Below, piece by piece: positions 19,145 to 31,458 of a stretch of DNA of 64,000 bases. A program made the translations under genes and the position numbers. The stretch lies in the NCBI RefSeq assembly GCF_046105845.1, contig NZ_CP151004.1. One strand, given 5' to 3'. The stretch comes from Escherichia coli. Its GTDB lineage: Bacteria > Pseudomonadota > Gammaproteobacteria > Enterobacterales > Enterobacteriaceae. The notes beneath the pieces were generated by a model. That model worked only from the letters and a program-made list of their open reading frames with translations. It was not told the origin of the DNA and ran no database searches. Position 1 is the first letter of the stretch, and every line of letters starts with the position of its first letter.

Positions 19145-19235
19145 ACGTAAAAAAACCGACTTTGCGTCGGTTTTTTACTTTCCAGCCCTGAGTTGGTGGC
19201 TCTGGCTGGAGTGAGAGAGCTCTTATCTAACAGTT
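19145..19235 (-). ncRNA. agrA: agrA-like small RNA (distal repeat copy of the dinQ–agrAB locus)
   Basis: First copy of a roughly 235-bp direct repeat, with a bidirectional hairpin terminator (aaaaccgac-tttgc-gtcggtttt); ends and strand are approximate and come from the known locus organisation. Confidence 0.4.
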
Positions 19236-19379
19236 CAATACTATTAGCCAGTGGCTAACATTGCAAGAATTAGCGATTTCTTCAGCTGGAGAAGGGACAG
19301 TTTGCTATACATGTTGGTGAAAGAGGATTTATATACTTTCATCGGGTCGCTGCCGTACCAAGCCTTGTCCGAATCCGGA

Positions 19380-19467
19380 CGTAAAAAAACCGACTTCGCG
19401 TCGGTTTTTTACTTTCCAGCCCTGAGTTGGTGGCTCTGGTTGGAGTGAGAATGCCATCATCTAACGC
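19380..19467 (-). ncRNA. agrB: agrB-like antisense small RNA (dinQ-proximal repeat copy)
   Basis: Second repeat copy with the same terminator hairpin; the agrA/agrB assignment is from memory of their order relative to dinQ. Confidence 0.4.
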
Positions 19468-19529
19468 ATCAATGCTAATACCATACTGAAACTATTGCAA
19501 GGACGTGCTGGTTTTATAACCTGCATGTA

Positions 19530-19545
19530 CTGTATGATTATCCAG
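19530..19545 (+). promoter_or_regulatory. LexA box (SOS operator) upstream of dinQ
   Basis: ctgtatgattatccag fits CTGT-N8-ACAG. Confidence 0.6.
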
Positions 19546-19738
19546 TTAGCTCTGAGGCATTTTCACTCTGGTAATGCGCATAAACGCTTTCAAAGTCCTG
19601 GTCAGAAGTACGGGTGGTGCCGTTAACTGATGCTCTGGCCGGAGTGAGAGAGTTCTTATCTAACAATGAGACATGCGCCGTGACAGGCAGTGGATGAGTA
19701 AGCGGATGCATTCTCACTCCATCGCATGGAGAAAACGG

Positions 19739-19822
19739 GTGATTGATAAAGCAATCATCGTTCTTGGGGCGTTAATTGCGCTGCTGGAACTGATCCGCTT
19801 TCTGCTTCAGCTTCTGAACTGA
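19739..19822 (+). CDS. dinQ: DinQ type I toxin peptide (27 aa)
   Basis: GTG-initiated (V)IDKAIIVLGALIALLELIRFLLQLLN; hydrophobic single-TM peptide; start codon choice uncertain. Confidence 0.7.
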   Translation: MIDKAIIVLGALIALLELIRFLLQLLN

Positions 19823-19875
19823 TAGCGGAAACGTAACTAAGGGCAAAGAGCACACCACTCTTTGCCCTTTAACAT

Positions 19876-21228
19876 TTAACGCATGGTCACGAACTCTTCT
19901 GCCGCCGTCGGGTGAATGGCGACGGTATTGTCGAAGTCTTTTTTGGTCGCCCCCATCTTCAGCGCCACCGCGAAGCCCTGCAACATTTCATCCATACCAA
20001 AACCAATGCCGTGAATTCCGACAATCTTCTCTTCCGGTCCAACGCATACCAGTTTCATGCGGCACGGCTGGCGGTGAGTGGTGACGGCGGTATACATCGC
20101 GGTGAAAGAGGATTTATACACTTTCACCTGATCGTCGCCGTACTGCTCGCGCGCCTGCGGTTCCGTTAAACCAACAGTACCAATCGGCGGATGGCTGAAG
20201 ACCACGGTCGGAATGTTGCTGTAATCCAGATGCTCATCAGGCTTGTTATTAAACAGGCGTTCAGAGAGACGGCGACCCGCTGCAACTGCCACCGGTGTCA
20301 GTTCCACTGCACCCGTGTTATCGCCCACCGCGTAAATACCTTCAACGTTGGTGTTTTGATATTTATCGACGACGATATAGCCTTTTTCGTTGGTTTTTAC
20401 ACCAGCGGCTTCCAGGTTGATGTTGTCATTGGCAGGCTCGCGACCAATCGCCCAAATCAGGCAATCTACCGTTTCACTGCGACCATCTTCCAGCTCCAGC
20501 GTCAGGCTGCCGTCGGCATTTTTCACCACCGCTTTCGGGATGGCGTTGGTGTGCAGCTGCGGGCCTTCGGCGTTCATCACTTCGACCAGCGTTTCAGAGA
20601 TCATCGGGTCGAAGCTGCGCAGCGGCGCATGTTTACGCACAAACAGATGCGTTTTCGCGCCGAGGCCGTTAATCACGCCCGCCAGCTCAACGGCGATGTA
20701 ACCCGCGCCAACAACCGCCACGCGCTCTGGCAAAGCAGGAAGGGCGAAGAAGCCATCAGAATCAATACCGTATTCCACGCCCGGAATATCCGGGTGGCTC
20801 GGACGACCGCCGGTGGCGATCAGAATATGATCGGCCGTGATGGTTTCGCCGTTTACCTCCAGCGTTTTGGCATCAACGAAGCGGGCAAAGCCTTTGATTA
20901 CATCAACGTTATTTTTACCGAGCACGTTTTCATAGGAAGTATGAATACGGTCGATATAGGCGGTACGGCTGGCGATCAACGTTTCCCAGTTGAATTTATT
21001 TATAGTGGTATCGAAACCATAATCCGGACCGTACATGTGGATCGCTTCACGGATTTGCGCCGCGTGCCACATCACTTTCTTCGGTACGCAGCCGACGTTC
21101 ACGCAGGTGCCGCCCAGCTCTTTGGCTTCAATCAGCGCGCATTTCTGGCCGTACATAGCCGCGCGGTTGATGGAGGCGATACCGCCGCTGCCGCCGCCGA
21201 TGGCGATGTAATCATAGTGTTTAGTCAT
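19876..21228 (-). CDS. gor: Glutathione reductase
   Basis: 450 aa; GGGSGG FAD motif and redox-active CVNVGC. Confidence 0.97.
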   Translation of the reverse strand: MTKHYDYIAIGGGSGGIASINRAAMYGQKCALIEAKELGGTCVNVGCVPKKVMWHAAQIREAIHMYGPDYGFDTTINKFNWETLIASRTAYIDRIHTSYENVLGKNNVDVIKGFARFVDAKTLEVNGETITADHILIATGGRPSHPDIPGVEYGIDSDGFFALPALPERVAVVGAGYIAVELAGVINGLGAKTHLFVRKHAPLRSFDPMISETLVEVMNAEGPQLHTNAIPKAVVKNADGSLTLELEDGRSETVDCLIWAIGREPANDNINLEAAGVKTNEKGYIVVDKYQNTNVEGIYAVGDNTGAVELTPVAVAAGRRLSERLFNNKPDEHLDYSNIPTVVFSHPPIGTVGLTEPQAREQYGDDQVKVYKSSFTAMYTAVTTHRQPCRMKLVCVGPEEKIVGIHGIGFGMDEMLQGFAVALKMGATKKDFDNTVAIHPTAAEEFVTMR

Positions 21229-21299
21229 GACAGAGTGTCCTTATCGTTGATTACCGCGATTGTAGCGCGAGACGTAATAGGTGCCAGCAATGGCTGCAA

Positions 21300-22142
21300 T
21301 TACTCCGGCACGATCCAGCTTACGGTGGCGTGCCCGGTACCAGCCGGAACCAGTTTGCTGTGCAGCCACGGCAGCACGTTATTCATCTGCTGTTCCAGCT
21401 TCCACGGCGGATTAATCACAATCATGCCGGAAGCGGTCATGCCACGGCGATCGCTGTCTGGCAGTACCGCCAGTTCAATTTGCAGAATTTTGCGAATGCC
21501 GGTCGCTTCCAGGTCGTGGATCATGCGCTTAATTTGCTGGCGCAGCACCACCGGATACCACAGTGCGTAAGTGCCAGTGGCGAAACGTTTGTAACCTTCT
21601 GCTATCCCGCTGACCACCGACTGATAGTCGGTTTTCATTTCATACGGCGGATCGATAAGGATTAAACCACGGCGGGAAACCGGCGGCAGTTTGGCCTTAA
21701 GCTGCTGGAAGCCATCGGCTTTTTCGACGCGCGCACGGCTGTCTTTCTGAAATTCAGAACGCAGCAACGGGTAATCGCTCGGGTGCAGTTCGGTCAGTTG
21801 CAGGCTGTCCTGTTCACGCAGTAACTGACGGGCAATCAACGGTGAACCGGGGTAGTAACGCAACTGACCGCTACGGTTGAAGTGTTTTACCACATTGATG
21901 TACGCCTCCAGCTCCGCAGGCAAATCGTCCTGCTGCCAGATACGGGCGATACCTTCGAGATATTCGCCGGTACGCTCGGCATGTTCGCTGCCTAACTGAT
22001 AACGCCCGGCCCCTGCGTGGGTATCGAGATAGAGAAACGGTTTATCTTTCTCTTTCAGCGACTCGATGATCAGGCTCTGAACGGTATGTTTAAGGACGTC
22101 GGCGTGGTTGCCAGCGTGAAAGCTGTGGCGATAACTGAGCAT
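21300..22142 (-). CDS. rlmJ: 23S rRNA m6A2030 methyltransferase RlmJ
   Basis: ORF 21300..22193 trimmed to MLSYRHSFHAGNHADVLKH (280 aa). Confidence 0.9.
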   Translation of the reverse strand: MLSYRHSFHAGNHADVLKHTVQSLIIESLKEKDKPFLYLDTHAGAGRYQLGSEHAERTGEYLEGIARIWQQDDLPAELEAYINVVKHFNRSGQLRYYPGSPLIARQLLREQDSLQLTELHPSDYPLLRSEFQKDSRARVEKADGFQQLKAKLPPVSRRGLILIDPPYEMKTDYQSVVSGIAEGYKRFATGTYALWYPVVLRQQIKRMIHDLEATGIRKILQIELAVLPDSDRRGMTASGMIVINPPWKLEQQMNNVLPWLHSKLVPAGTGHATVSWIVPE

Positions 22143-22344
22143 GGGTAAAGGTGTTCCGGTAAGTAAAAATCGGCCCGTATTCGGGGCGCACAAAAGCCTA
22201 TCAGGACAGTATACCGAAAAGAGGCCGCCGCCGCGAAAGCGTAACGTTTCTCATTGAAATTCACTACACTTAACCCCATGCTACAAACATTATGTAAAGC
22301 GCCTGTTGAGCGCTTCCTTAACCTCTTTAACCAGGACTGCGCTA

Positions 22345-24387
22345 ATGACGAATCCGTTACTGACTCCCTTTGAATTGCCTCCGTTTTCTAAAATTCTCCC
22401 GGAACATGTCGTTCCAGCCGTGACTAAGGCGCTGAACGACTGCCGCGAAAATGTGGAGCGCGTAGTAGCGCAAGGGGCACCGTACACCTGGGAAAATCTC
22501 TGCCAGCCGTTGGCGGAAGTGGACGATGTGCTGGGGCGTATCTTCTCCCCGGTCAGCCATCTGAACTCGGTGAAAAATAGCCCGGAACTGCGTGAAGCGT
22601 ACGAACAAACCCTGCCGCTGCTGTCGGAATACAGCACCTGGGTAGGGCAACATGAAGGGCTGTATAAAGCGTATCGCGACCTACGCGATGGCGATCATTA
22701 CGCCACGCTGAACACGGCGCAGAAGAAAGCGGTTGATAACGCACTGCGCGACTTCGAACTCTCTGGCATCGGTCTACCAAAAGAGAAACAACAACGCTAC
22801 GGTGAGATTGCTACCCGTCTTTCTGAACTGGGCAATCAGTACAGCAACAACGTCCTCGATGCGACGATGGGCTGGACCAAACTCGTTACCGACGAAGCGG
22901 AGCTGGCGGGGATGCCAGAAAGCGCGCTGGCTGCGGCAAAAGCCCAGGCCGAAGCGAAAGAGCTGGAAGGTTATTTGCTGACGCTGGATATCCCAAGCTA
23001 CTTGCCGGTAATGACCTACTGCGACAACCAGGCTCTGCGCGAAGAGATGTATCGTGCTTACAGCACCCGCGCTTCCGATCAAGGCCCGAACGCCGGTAAG
23101 TGGGACAACAGCAAGGTGATGGAAGAGATCCTCGCGCTGCGTCACGAACTGGCGCAACTGCTGGGTTTTGAAAACTACGCCTTTAAATCCCTTGCCACTA
23201 AAATGGCAGAAAATCCGCAGCAGGTGCTTGATTTCTTAACCGATCTGGCAAAACGCGCGCGTCCGCAAGGTGAAAAAGAGCTGGCGCAACTGCGTGCCTT
23301 CGCTAAAGCCGAATTTGGCGTGGATGAGTTGCAGCCGTGGGATATCGCGTACTACAGCGAAAAACAAAAACAGCACCTCTACAGCATCAGTGACGAACAA
23401 CTGCGTCCGTACTTCCCGGAAAACAAAGCGGTTAACGGCTTGTTTGAAGTGGTGAAACGTATTTACGGCATCACCGCTAAAGAGCGTAAAGATGTTGATG
23501 TCTGGCATCCGGATGTACGTTTCTTCGAACTGTATGACGAGAACAACGAACTGCGCGGCAGCTTCTACCTCGACCTGTATGCCCGTGAAAACAAGCGCGG
23601 CGGGGCGTGGATGGATGACTGTGTAGGCCAGATGCGTAAAGCCGACGGTTCGCTGCAAAAACCGGTCGCGTATCTGACCTGTAACTTCAACCGCCCGGTA
23701 AATGGTAAACCGGCGCTGTTTACCCATGACGAAGTGATCACCCTGTTCCACGAGTTCGGTCACGGCCTGCACCATATGCTGACCCGCATTGAAACTGCTG
23801 GTGTATCTGGTATCAGCGGGGTGCCGTGGGATGCGGTCGAACTGCCGAGCCAGTTTATGGAAAACTGGTGCTGGGAGCCGGAGGCGCTGGCGTTTATCTC
23901 CGGTCACTATGAAACCGGCGAACCGCTGCCGAAGGAGCTGCTGGATAAAATGCTGGCGGCTAAGAACTACCAGGCGGCGCTGTTTATTCTGCGCCAGCTG
24001 GAGTTCGGCCTGTTTGATTTCCGCCTCCATGCCGAGTTCCGCCCGGATCAGGGAGCGAAAATCCTCGAAACTCTGGCAGAAATCAAGAAACTGGTTGCCG
24101 TAGTACCGTCTCCATCCTGGGGCCGTTTCCCGCACGCTTTCAGCCATATTTTCGCCGGTGGTTATGCCGCAGGTTACTACAGCTACCTGTGGGCCGACGT
24201 GCTGGCGGCAGATGCCTTCTCGCGCTTTGAGGAAGAGGGCATTTTCAACCGTGAAACCGGACAGTCGTTCCTCGACAACATTCTGAGCCGTGGCGGTTCA
24301 GAAGAGCCGATGGATCTGTTCAAACGCTTCCGTGGTCGTGAACCGCAGCTGGATGCGATGCTGGAGCATTACGGCATTAAGGGCTGA
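22345..24387 (+). CDS. prlC: Oligopeptidase A
   Basis: ORF 22306..24387 trimmed to [17 protein letters not shown] (680 aa); zinc metallopeptidase HEFGH motif. Confidence 0.95.
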   Translation: MTNPLLTPFELPPFSKILPEHVVPAVTKALNDCRENVERVVAQGAPYTWENLCQPLAEVDDVLGRIFSPVSHLNSVKNSPELREAYEQTLPLLSEYSTWVGQHEGLYKAYRDLRDGDHYATLNTAQKKAVDNALRDFELSGIGLPKEKQQRYGEIATRLSELGNQYSNNVLDATMGWTKLVTDEAELAGMPESALAAAKAQAEAKELEGYLLTLDIPSYLPVMTYCDNQALREEMYRAYSTRASDQGPNAGKWDNSKVMEEILALRHELAQLLGFENYAFKSLATKMAENPQQVLDFLTDLAKRARPQGEKELAQLRAFAKAEFGVDELQPWDIAYYSEKQKQHLYSISDEQLRPYFPENKAVNGLFEVVKRIYGITAKERKDVDVWHPDVRFFELYDENNELRGSFYLDLYARENKRGGAWMDDCVGQMRKADGSLQKPVAYLTCNFNRPVNGKPALFTHDEVITLFHEFGHGLHHMLTRIETAGVSGISGVPWDAVELPSQFMENWCWEPEALAFISGHYETGEPLPKELLDKMLAAKNYQAALFILRQLEFGLFDFRLHAEFRPDQGAKILETLAEIKKLVAVVPSPSWGRFPHAFSHIFAGGYAAGYYSYLWADVLAADAFSRFEEEGIFNRETGQSFLDNILSRGGSEEPMDLFKRFRGREPQLDAMLEHYGIKG

Positions 24388-24394
24388 TCATTCA

Positions 24395-25147
24395 GTGAAA
24401 ATCTGCTTAATTGATGAAACAGGCACCGGAGACGGTGCCTTATCTGTTCTGGCGGCCCGCTGGGGGCTGGAGCACGATGAAGACAACCTGATGGCGCTGG
24501 TGTTAACGCCGGAACATCTGGAATTGCGCAAGCGTGATGAGCCAAAACTTGGCGGCATCTTTGTTGATTTTGTTGGCGGAGCGATGGCGCACCGACGCAA
24601 ATTCGGCGGTGGTCGCGGTGAGGCGGTGGCGAAAGCGGTGGGCATTAAAGGCGATTATTTGCCGGATGTGGTGGATGCCACTGCAGGACTTGGGCGCGAT
24701 GCCTTTGTGCTGGCTTCAGTCGGCTGCCGCGTGCGGATGCTGGAGCGTAATCCAGTCGTTGCCGCATTGCTCGACGACGGCCTGGCGCGTGGTTATGCGG
24801 ATGCGGAAATCGGCGGCTGGTTGCAGGAGCGTTTGCAGTTAATTCACGCCTCCAGCCTGACGGCGCTGACCGATATTACTCCGCGCCCGCAGGTGGTCTA
24901 TCTCGATCCGATGTTCCCGCATAAGCAGAAAAGCGCGCTGGTGAAAAAAGAGATGCGTGTCTTTCAGTCGCTGGTGGGGCCGGATCTCGACGCGGATGGG
25001 TTGCTGGAGCCTGCGCGGCTGCTGGCGACTAAACGCGTGGTGGTAAAGCGTCCGGACTACGCGCCACCGCTGGCGAATGTTGCTACGCCAAACGCGGTTG
25101 TCACTAAAGGGCATAGGTTTGATATTTATGCAGGTACGCCAGTGTAA
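24395..25147 (+). CDS. rsmJ: 16S rRNA m2G1516 methyltransferase RsmJ
   Basis: In-frame GTG start giving (M)[14 protein letters not shown], 250 aa. Confidence 0.85.
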   Translation: MKICLIDETGTGDGALSVLAARWGLEHDEDNLMALVLTPEHLELRKRDEPKLGGIFVDFVGGAMAHRRKFGGGRGEAVAKAVGIKGDYLPDVVDATAGLGRDAFVLASVGCRVRMLERNPVVAALLDDGLARGYADAEIGGWLQERLQLIHASSLTALTDITPRPQVVYLDPMFPHKQKSALVKKEMRVFQSLVGPDLDADGLLEPARLLATKRVVVKRPDYAPPLANVATPNAVVTKGHRFDIYAGTPV

Positions 25148-25150
25148 AAG

Positions 25151-25182
25151 TAAAGCAGGGTAGCGATAACGCTACCCTGCTT
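25151..25182. terminator. Bidirectional terminator between convergent rsmJ and dtpB
   Basis: Hairpin aagcagggtagcg-ataa-cgctaccctgctt. Confidence 0.55.
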
Positions 25183-25195
25183 TCTGCAAGAATAA

Positions 25196-26665
25196 TTAAT
25201 GGCTTTCCGGCGTCGCAATCATGCGTTTCAGCCACGGCACCATCAACAGCATCACTACTGCAACGCCCAGCGTGACCAGGCCAATCTTACCAAACACGTT
25301 GGTATAGACGGGCAACGTCTCAAGCGGATCGGTAATGTTGTCTGGTACTGCGGTAAATGTTGCCACATAGCCGCCCAGCAAGAACGCGGCAGCCTGCGTC
25401 AGGAACCACATCCCGAGAATAAAGCCCATCAAATGCTGCGGCACCAGGGCAGCAATCATCGCCAGACCCAGGGCGCTAATAAACAATTCACCCAGGCTCT
25501 GGAACAAGTAAACCAGCACGATAAACCACGGCGATGTCAGTCCTTGTGCATCAGCAAACCACATTCCCGCAGCGGCGGCTGTAAGAAAGCCCAGCGAGCA
25601 CATAAACATGCCGAGAGTAAATTTCATCGGCATCGAGAGGTCTTTGCCTTTGTTACCCAGATGCGTGTAAATGCCTGCTAGTATTGGGCTGGCGAGTACC
25701 ACCCAGAACGGGTTAAGCGCCTGGAAGCTGACCGGGTTGATGGAAAAGCCGAGAATTTCATGATGCACGTTGTTGATAGCAAAGAAATTCAGCGACGTTG
25801 GCATCTGGGCGTAGAGAATGTAAAACACCACCGCTTCGAGCATCAGGACAAAGGCGACAAACATTTTATTGCGCCCGGTTTTATCCAGCTTGAATGCCTG
25901 ACGAAAGAAAATGATGGTGACGACGATGGAGAGAACAATCAGCACCAGATTGGCGACTTCTACGTTGTGCATCAGCCATGCACAGACGAAGATCATCACC
26001 ACGCTGCCAAGTAACACGTACAACAGTTTGCTGAAGCTCATCGGCCGGAAGTCGGGTTCAGAACCAATGTCTTTCACCATTCCGCGACAGGCGATGTAAA
26101 CCAATAGCGCGATAATTAATCCCGCACCGCACAGGTTGTAGGTGACTGAATAGCCGAATCTATCAGCGATCACAGGGGCCAGCGATAACGCTATCAACGA
26201 GCCGATGTTGATCGACATATAGAACAGGGTAAATGCGCCATCAAGCCGCGGATCTTTCGGCGGATAGCACTTCGAAAGCAAGCTGGCTGGGTTAGCTTTA
26301 AACAGGCCGTTACCGACAGCGATAGTCCCCAGGGCGATGAAAATCAGGTCAGGCTTAAGTAGCGACAGGCCGGTCATGAAGTAGCCAATCGCCAGCACAA
26401 GTGCTCCGAGAACAATGGTGCGTTTGGTCCCCAGCAGGTGGTCGCCGACATAGCCGCCAATGGAAATGAGGCCATAGACCAGCGCAGCAAAAGCACCAAA
26501 AGTGACAAAAGCCTGTTCTTGCGAGAATCCAAGCTGCTTAACGAAGAAAACCGCCAGTACGCCCTGCACGCCGTAGTAGCCGAATCGCTCCCATAACTCG
26601 ACAAAAAAGATCATGAAAAATGGGCGAGGTTGCTGCAGCATCCCCATGGGTGTTGTTGTATTCAT
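25196..26665 (-). CDS. dtpB: Dipeptide/tripeptide:H+ symporter DtpB
   Basis: 489 aa POT-family transporter. Confidence 0.95.
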   Translation of the reverse strand: MNTTTPMGMLQQPRPFFMIFFVELWERFGYYGVQGVLAVFFVKQLGFSQEQAFVTFGAFAALVYGLISIGGYVGDHLLGTKRTIVLGALVLAIGYFMTGLSLLKPDLIFIALGTIAVGNGLFKANPASLLSKCYPPKDPRLDGAFTLFYMSINIGSLIALSLAPVIADRFGYSVTYNLCGAGLIIALLVYIACRGMVKDIGSEPDFRPMSFSKLLYVLLGSVVMIFVCAWLMHNVEVANLVLIVLSIVVTIIFFRQAFKLDKTGRNKMFVAFVLMLEAVVFYILYAQMPTSLNFFAINNVHHEILGFSINPVSFQALNPFWVVLASPILAGIYTHLGNKGKDLSMPMKFTLGMFMCSLGFLTAAAAGMWFADAQGLTSPWFIVLVYLFQSLGELFISALGLAMIAALVPQHLMGFILGMWFLTQAAAFLLGGYVATFTAVPDNITDPLETLPVYTNVFGKIGLVTLGVAVVMLLMVPWLKRMIATPESH

Positions 26666-26880
26666 ATTTATTAACCTTCCAATACCATCCTGAAAAGTAT
26701 GAACGCGTAAGGGATAACGCGCGAAAAAGTTTACATCTGTCAGAGATTCTTAATATTGATGCGGTGAATAGATTAATACACTATTACAACAGAAAATAAC
26801 CAGCTGATCACACTAATGATGGAAAATATGATGGTGTTAAATGTTGTATTGGTAGGGGATTTTGATTGCGTACGCAGACC

Positions 26881-26904
26881 GTAGGCCAGATAAGGTGTTT
26901 ACGC
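26881..26904. repeat. REP-like sequence
   Basis: gtaggccagataaggtgtttacgc. Confidence 0.4.
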
Positions 26905-26929
26905 TGCAAGGTAACAAGGCGCGCCAAAA

Positions 26930-26957
26930 AGCAAAACGCCCGCATATGCGGGCGTTC
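26930..26957 (-). terminator. uspA rho-independent terminator
   Basis: Hairpin gcccgcatatgcgggc with a T-run on the minus strand, just downstream of the uspA stop. Confidence 0.6.
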
Positions 26958-26980
26958 AGGAACACGTCGTAGAGGGAAGA

Positions 26981-27415
26981 TTATTCTTCTTCGTCGCGCA
27001 GCGGAACAATCAGCATATCAACGTGAACGGTGTTGATCAGCTGACGTGCGGAAGACATCAGTTTGCTCCAGAAGTCCTGGTGGTGACCACAAACCACCAA
27101 ATCCATATCGTATTTCTTGATTGCATCGACCAGAACCTGACCCAGGTCGCCGCTGCCGCTCAGGGTTTCAGTGATTGGGTAGCCTGCATTAGTGGAAAGC
27201 TCGGTCAGCGCATGATGTGTCTCTTCAGAGATGCGTTTCTGCATATCACCCAGATTCACATCAATAAGCCCGGTGTATAGGTCAGAGTAGTTTACATCTA
27301 CGTGGATCAGAGAAACTTTCGCATTGTAGGGGCGAGCCATAGAGACTGCTTTCTCTACCAGAACTTTGCTTTCCGGGGAGAGATCGACCGCGATGAGAAT
27401 GTGTTTATAAGCCAT
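26981..27415 (-). CDS. uspA: Universal stress protein A
   Basis: 144 aa, [34 protein letters not shown]. Confidence 0.97.
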
Positions 27416-27805
27416 AGTGTTACTCCTTCCATAAAGTTGTCGATGACTGGCCAGCTAGCGTTTCTTGTGCCGTTACGTCACCCGCGTCCTGCGAACTACG
27501 TGCGCGGGGCTAACCCAGCCGTAAAGATTCAGTGTTAAGACCATCCTTACCTTATAGCGACCCGGATGATCCGTCAATCCGCCTTGCTTACCCGTTAGAT
27601 AAACAAATTTTCGACATGAATATATTGATAGTGGTTAACCTTCTGGAAAAAAAACAACCTGATCTCCTACACTATCTATAGAGCCGCTCGGATGTTGGTC
27701 ACCACAAAAGCGGTTTCTCCAGGACCTGGTGTTAACTGATTGGCAGCGTATCGGGAGCGGTAGCCCCGGGGTGGAACTCCGCGGGCAGGTCGCCGGGGAG
27801 GAGGT

Positions 27806-28141
27806 ATGATAAGCACCGTCGCATTATTTTGGGCTTTATGTGTCGTTTGCATTGTTAACATGGCGCGCTATTTCTCATCACTACGCGCGTTGTTAGTGGT
27901 ACTGCGTAACTGCGATCCATTGCTCTATCAATATGTTGATGGAGGGGGCTTTTTTACCTCACATGGCCAACCCAACAAACAGGTGCGTCTCGTTTGGTAT
28001 ATCTATGCCCAACGTTATCGCGATCATCACGATGATGAGTTTATTCGCCGCTGTGAGCGGGTGCGTCGGCAGTTTATTCTGACCAGCGCATTGTGTGGTC
28101 TGGTGGTGGTCAGCCTGATTGCATTGATGATTTGGCATTAA
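27806..28141 (+). CDS. uspB: Universal stress protein B
   Basis: 111 aa two-TM protein divergent from uspA. Confidence 0.95.
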
Positions 28142-28211
28142 GCACTTCAGCAAAAATAACGCATAAAAAAAGCGGGCCAGTAAACTGACCCGCTCGTTTT
28201 GGTGCGTGCGA

Positions 28212-29711
28212 TTACAGGAACTGCAAGGAGAGCCAGTAAAGCCCGCCGGAAAGCAGTACCGCAGCCGGAAGGGTAAACACCCAGGCCATCAGAATACTGG
28301 TCACGGTTTTACGCTGTAAGCCGCCGCCATCTACCACCATCGTCCCCGCGACAGAAGAGGAGAGTACGTGAGTGGTGGAAACCGGCATCCCGGTATAACT
28401 CGCCAGGCCGATGGACACTGCCGCCGTCATCTGGGCAGACATCCCCTGAGCGTAGGTCATGCCTTTCTTACCGATTTTCTCACCGATAGTCGTTGCCACA
28501 CGACGCCAGCCAATCATCGTACCGATACCTAACGCCAGCGCGACCGCCATGATGATCCACACCGGTGCATACTCGATGGTGCTAAGCATGTCGGACTTCA
28601 GTTTCTTCAACAGGCGCTGATCGTCAGCACTCACACCAGGCATCTTCACCACTTTGTCGATAGTGTCAGAAACGCACAGCATAATGCGGCGCATCTGGCT
28701 ACGTTGATCAAGCGACAGCTTGTCGTAGCTTTCCACATCGGTAGTCAACATGCCTTTCAGGCGGTTGAGCGCGTTAATGGTATTCGACGGATGGCAATGG
28801 AACTCCGCAGGTTGCGTTGCGCCAGCTTCCGGAGCCGGTACTAACTGATCAGCACCGGTAGCCTGTTTCAGCAGCGCAGGGTGCTGCTCAAAGTAAGCTT
28901 CCACGTTGTTGATGGCATCACGGGTACGGGTGATTTCGTAGCCAGTGGCATTCATGTTCACCACGAAGCCTGCTGGTGCGACGCCAATCAATACCAACAT
29001 AACCAGACCAATGCCTTTCTGACCATCGTTCGCGCCATGCGAAAACGCCACGCCGATAGCGGAAAGGATCAGCGCAATACGCGTCCAGAACGGCGGCTTT
29101 TTCTTGCCGTCTTTCTTTTCACGCTCCGCTGGGGTCAGGTGGATACGGGCGCGTTTCTTGGTGCCGCTCCAGTAGCGACGCAGCAAGAAAATCAGACCGC
29201 CAGCAAACACCAGGCCGACAATAGGGGAAACGATCAGAGAACCGAAAATACTTAATACTTTCGGGATATTGAGTGCATCCACCACTGACGTCCCGGTCAT
29301 CAACGCATTGGTTAAACCAATCCCGATGATCGCGCCAATCAGCGTATGAGAGCTGGATGCAGGTAAACCAAAGTACCAGGTACCCAGGTTCCAGATAATC
29401 GCCGCCAGCAACATAGAGAACACCATGGCAAGGCCATGAGACGATCCCATATTAAGCAGCAGATCCGTCGGCAGCATATGCACAATGGCATAGGCAACAC
29501 TCAGACCACCCAGCAAAACACCCAAAAAGTTGAATACCGCCGCCATAACCACGGCGAGCTGAGAACGCATCGCGCGGGTATAGATAACGGTTGCCACGGC
29601 GTTGGCTGTGTCATGGAAACCATTGATGGCTTCGTAGAACAGCACAAAAGCCAGTGCAAGCAATAATAACAGCCCGGTATGCAAATCCAGGCCAGCAAAC
29701 AAATGTAGCAT
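28212..29711 (-). CDS. pitA: Low-affinity inorganic phosphate transporter PitA
   Basis: 499 aa polytopic PiT-family protein. Confidence 0.95.
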
Positions 29712-29942
29712 AGGACGTTACGCCATTTTGAGGACATGAACGCGGCGCATTATCAGTGACTTTCGCGGCGCGGGCAAAGTGAAATATAGACTTTTTTTGA
29801 TTTGCCTCCTGTATGGATTTCACTCAAAAAATAATTATCTTATATAATTCAGGCAAATACTTCCTTTTAGTAATATTGATGCTGGTGCGACCACTGAGGA
29901 ATCTTTACAATTCACGCCCGTTTTTTCTAAGAGGAGCGCAAC

Positions 29943-31157
29943 GTGGAAAGGTTTGATGCCATTATTATAGGCGCTGGTGCGGCGGGTATGTTCTGTTCTG
30001 CGCTGGCAGGTCAGGCAGGACGCCGGGTTCTGCTGATCGATAATGGTAAAAAACCAGGGCGCAAAATCCTTATGTCTGGCGGTGGGCGCTGCAACTTTAC
30101 CAACCTTTATGTCGAACCAGGCGCTTATCTGAGCCAGAATCCGCATTTTTGTAAGTCTGCACTCGCGCGTTTTACCCAGTGGGATTTCATTGATCTGGTC
30201 AATAAACACGGCATCACCTGGCACGAGAAAACGTTAGGGCAACTCTTCTGCGATGACTCCGCGCAGCAGATTGTCGACATGCTGGTGGATGAGTGCGAGA
30301 AGGGCAATGTGGCCTTCAGATTGCGTAGCGAAGTGCTGAGCGTGGCGAAGGATGATACAGGCTTCACGCTTGAACTGAACGGCATGACTGTCGGTTGCGA
30401 AAAGCTGGTCATCGCGACCGGTGGACTGTCAATGCCGGGGCTGGGCGCGTCGCCGTTTGGTTATAAGATTGCCGAACAATTTGGCCTCAACGTGCTGCCG
30501 ACCCGCGCGGGCCTGGTGCCATTCACTCTGCATAAACCGTTGCTCGAAGAGTTACAGGTGCTGGCGGGCGTGGCGGTGCCTTCCGTGATTACCGCTGAAA
30601 ACGGCACCGTTTTCCGTGAGAACTTACTCTTCACCCACCGCGGCTTATCTGGACCGGCGGTGTTGCAAATTTCCAGCTACTGGCAACCGGGTGAATTTGT
30701 CAGTATCAATCTGCTACCGGATGTGGACCTCGAAACCTTCCTGAATGAGCAGCGTAATGCACATCCGAATCAGAGCCTGAAAAACACACTGGCGGTTCAT
30801 CTACCGAAGCGGTTGGTTGAACGTTTACAACAACTCGGGCAAATCCCGGATGTTTCGCTAAAACAGCTCAACGTGCGTGACCAACAGGCACTGATTAGCA
30901 CATTGACCGACTGGCGCGTACAACCCAACGGCACTGAAGGCTATCGCACTGCCGAAGTGACGCTCGGCGGAGTGGACACCAACGAACTCTCTTCACGGAC
31001 GATGGAAGCGCGCAAAGTGCCTGGGCTGTACTTCATCGGCGAAGTGATGGACGTCACCGGTTGGCTGGGGGGCTATAATTTCCAGTGGGCGTGGTCGAGT
31101 GCGTGGGCTTGTGCGCAGGATTTGATTGCAGCGAAGTCGTCCAGAGCTATTTCCTAA
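29943..31157 (+). CDS. yhiN: FAD-dependent oxidoreductase YhiN
   Basis: GTG start; N-terminal Rossmann motif IIGAGAAG. Confidence 0.9.
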   Translation: MERFDAIIIGAGAAGMFCSALAGQAGRRVLLIDNGKKPGRKILMSGGGRCNFTNLYVEPGAYLSQNPHFCKSALARFTQWDFIDLVNKHGITWHEKTLGQLFCDDSAQQIVDMLVDECEKGNVAFRLRSEVLSVAKDDTGFTLELNGMTVGCEKLVIATGGLSMPGLGASPFGYKIAEQFGLNVLPTRAGLVPFTLHKPLLEELQVLAGVAVPSVITAENGTVFRENLLFTHRGLSGPAVLQISSYWQPGEFVSINLLPDVDLETFLNEQRNAHPNQSLKNTLAVHLPKRLVERLQQLGQIPDVSLKQLNVRDQQALISTLTDWRVQPNGTEGYRTAEVTLGGVDTNELSSRTMEARKVPGLYFIGEVMDVTGWLGGYNFQWAWSSAWACAQDLIAAKSSRAIS

Positions 31158-31405
31158 AGATGAAAATTATTAGAGTCGCATTAAAAATGAGCTAATTTTG
31201 ATAGTGGTTATCTTGTGATTATTTTCTAATGAGCCTGTGAACTGAGACCCTCCATGCTTAATATAAGGTGGAGGGAAAGGTGATTAAAACTCCCCCAGTG
31301 GCCAGATCTTTATAAAATATGAACAGGTTGAAAAAAACAGTAACTTTGCTGTTTTTTATACTTAACCACTATGCATTAATGCTGCGTTATTTCATTCTAC
31401 CTAAG

Positions 31406-31442
31406 AAAAACCAGCGTTACGCAAATGGTCAACGCTGGTTTT
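31406..31442. terminator. Hairpin terminator downstream of yhiM
   Basis: aaaaa-ccagcgtt-acgcaaatggtc-aacgctgg-tttt. Confidence 0.55.
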
Positions 31443-31458
31443 ATCCGGTACGTTGCAA

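Noticed and set aside
19100..19700. Direct repeats in the arsR–gor spacer as a possible CRISPR-like array or mobile element scar
   Set aside because: Only two to three long units (about 235 bp) with hairpin terminators are present, which matches the agrA/agrB/dinQ duplications rather than short repeat-spacer architecture.
20191..21570. 459-aa plus-strand ORF antisense to gor and rlmJ
   Set aside because: It lies entirely within two well-supported minus-strand genes. Its translation is low-complexity and Arg/His-rich with no recognisable motifs, a typical antisense-frame artefact.
23236..24147. 303-aa minus-strand ORF inside prlC
   Set aside because: It overlaps oligopeptidase A on the opposite strand, with no ribosome-binding site or motifs.
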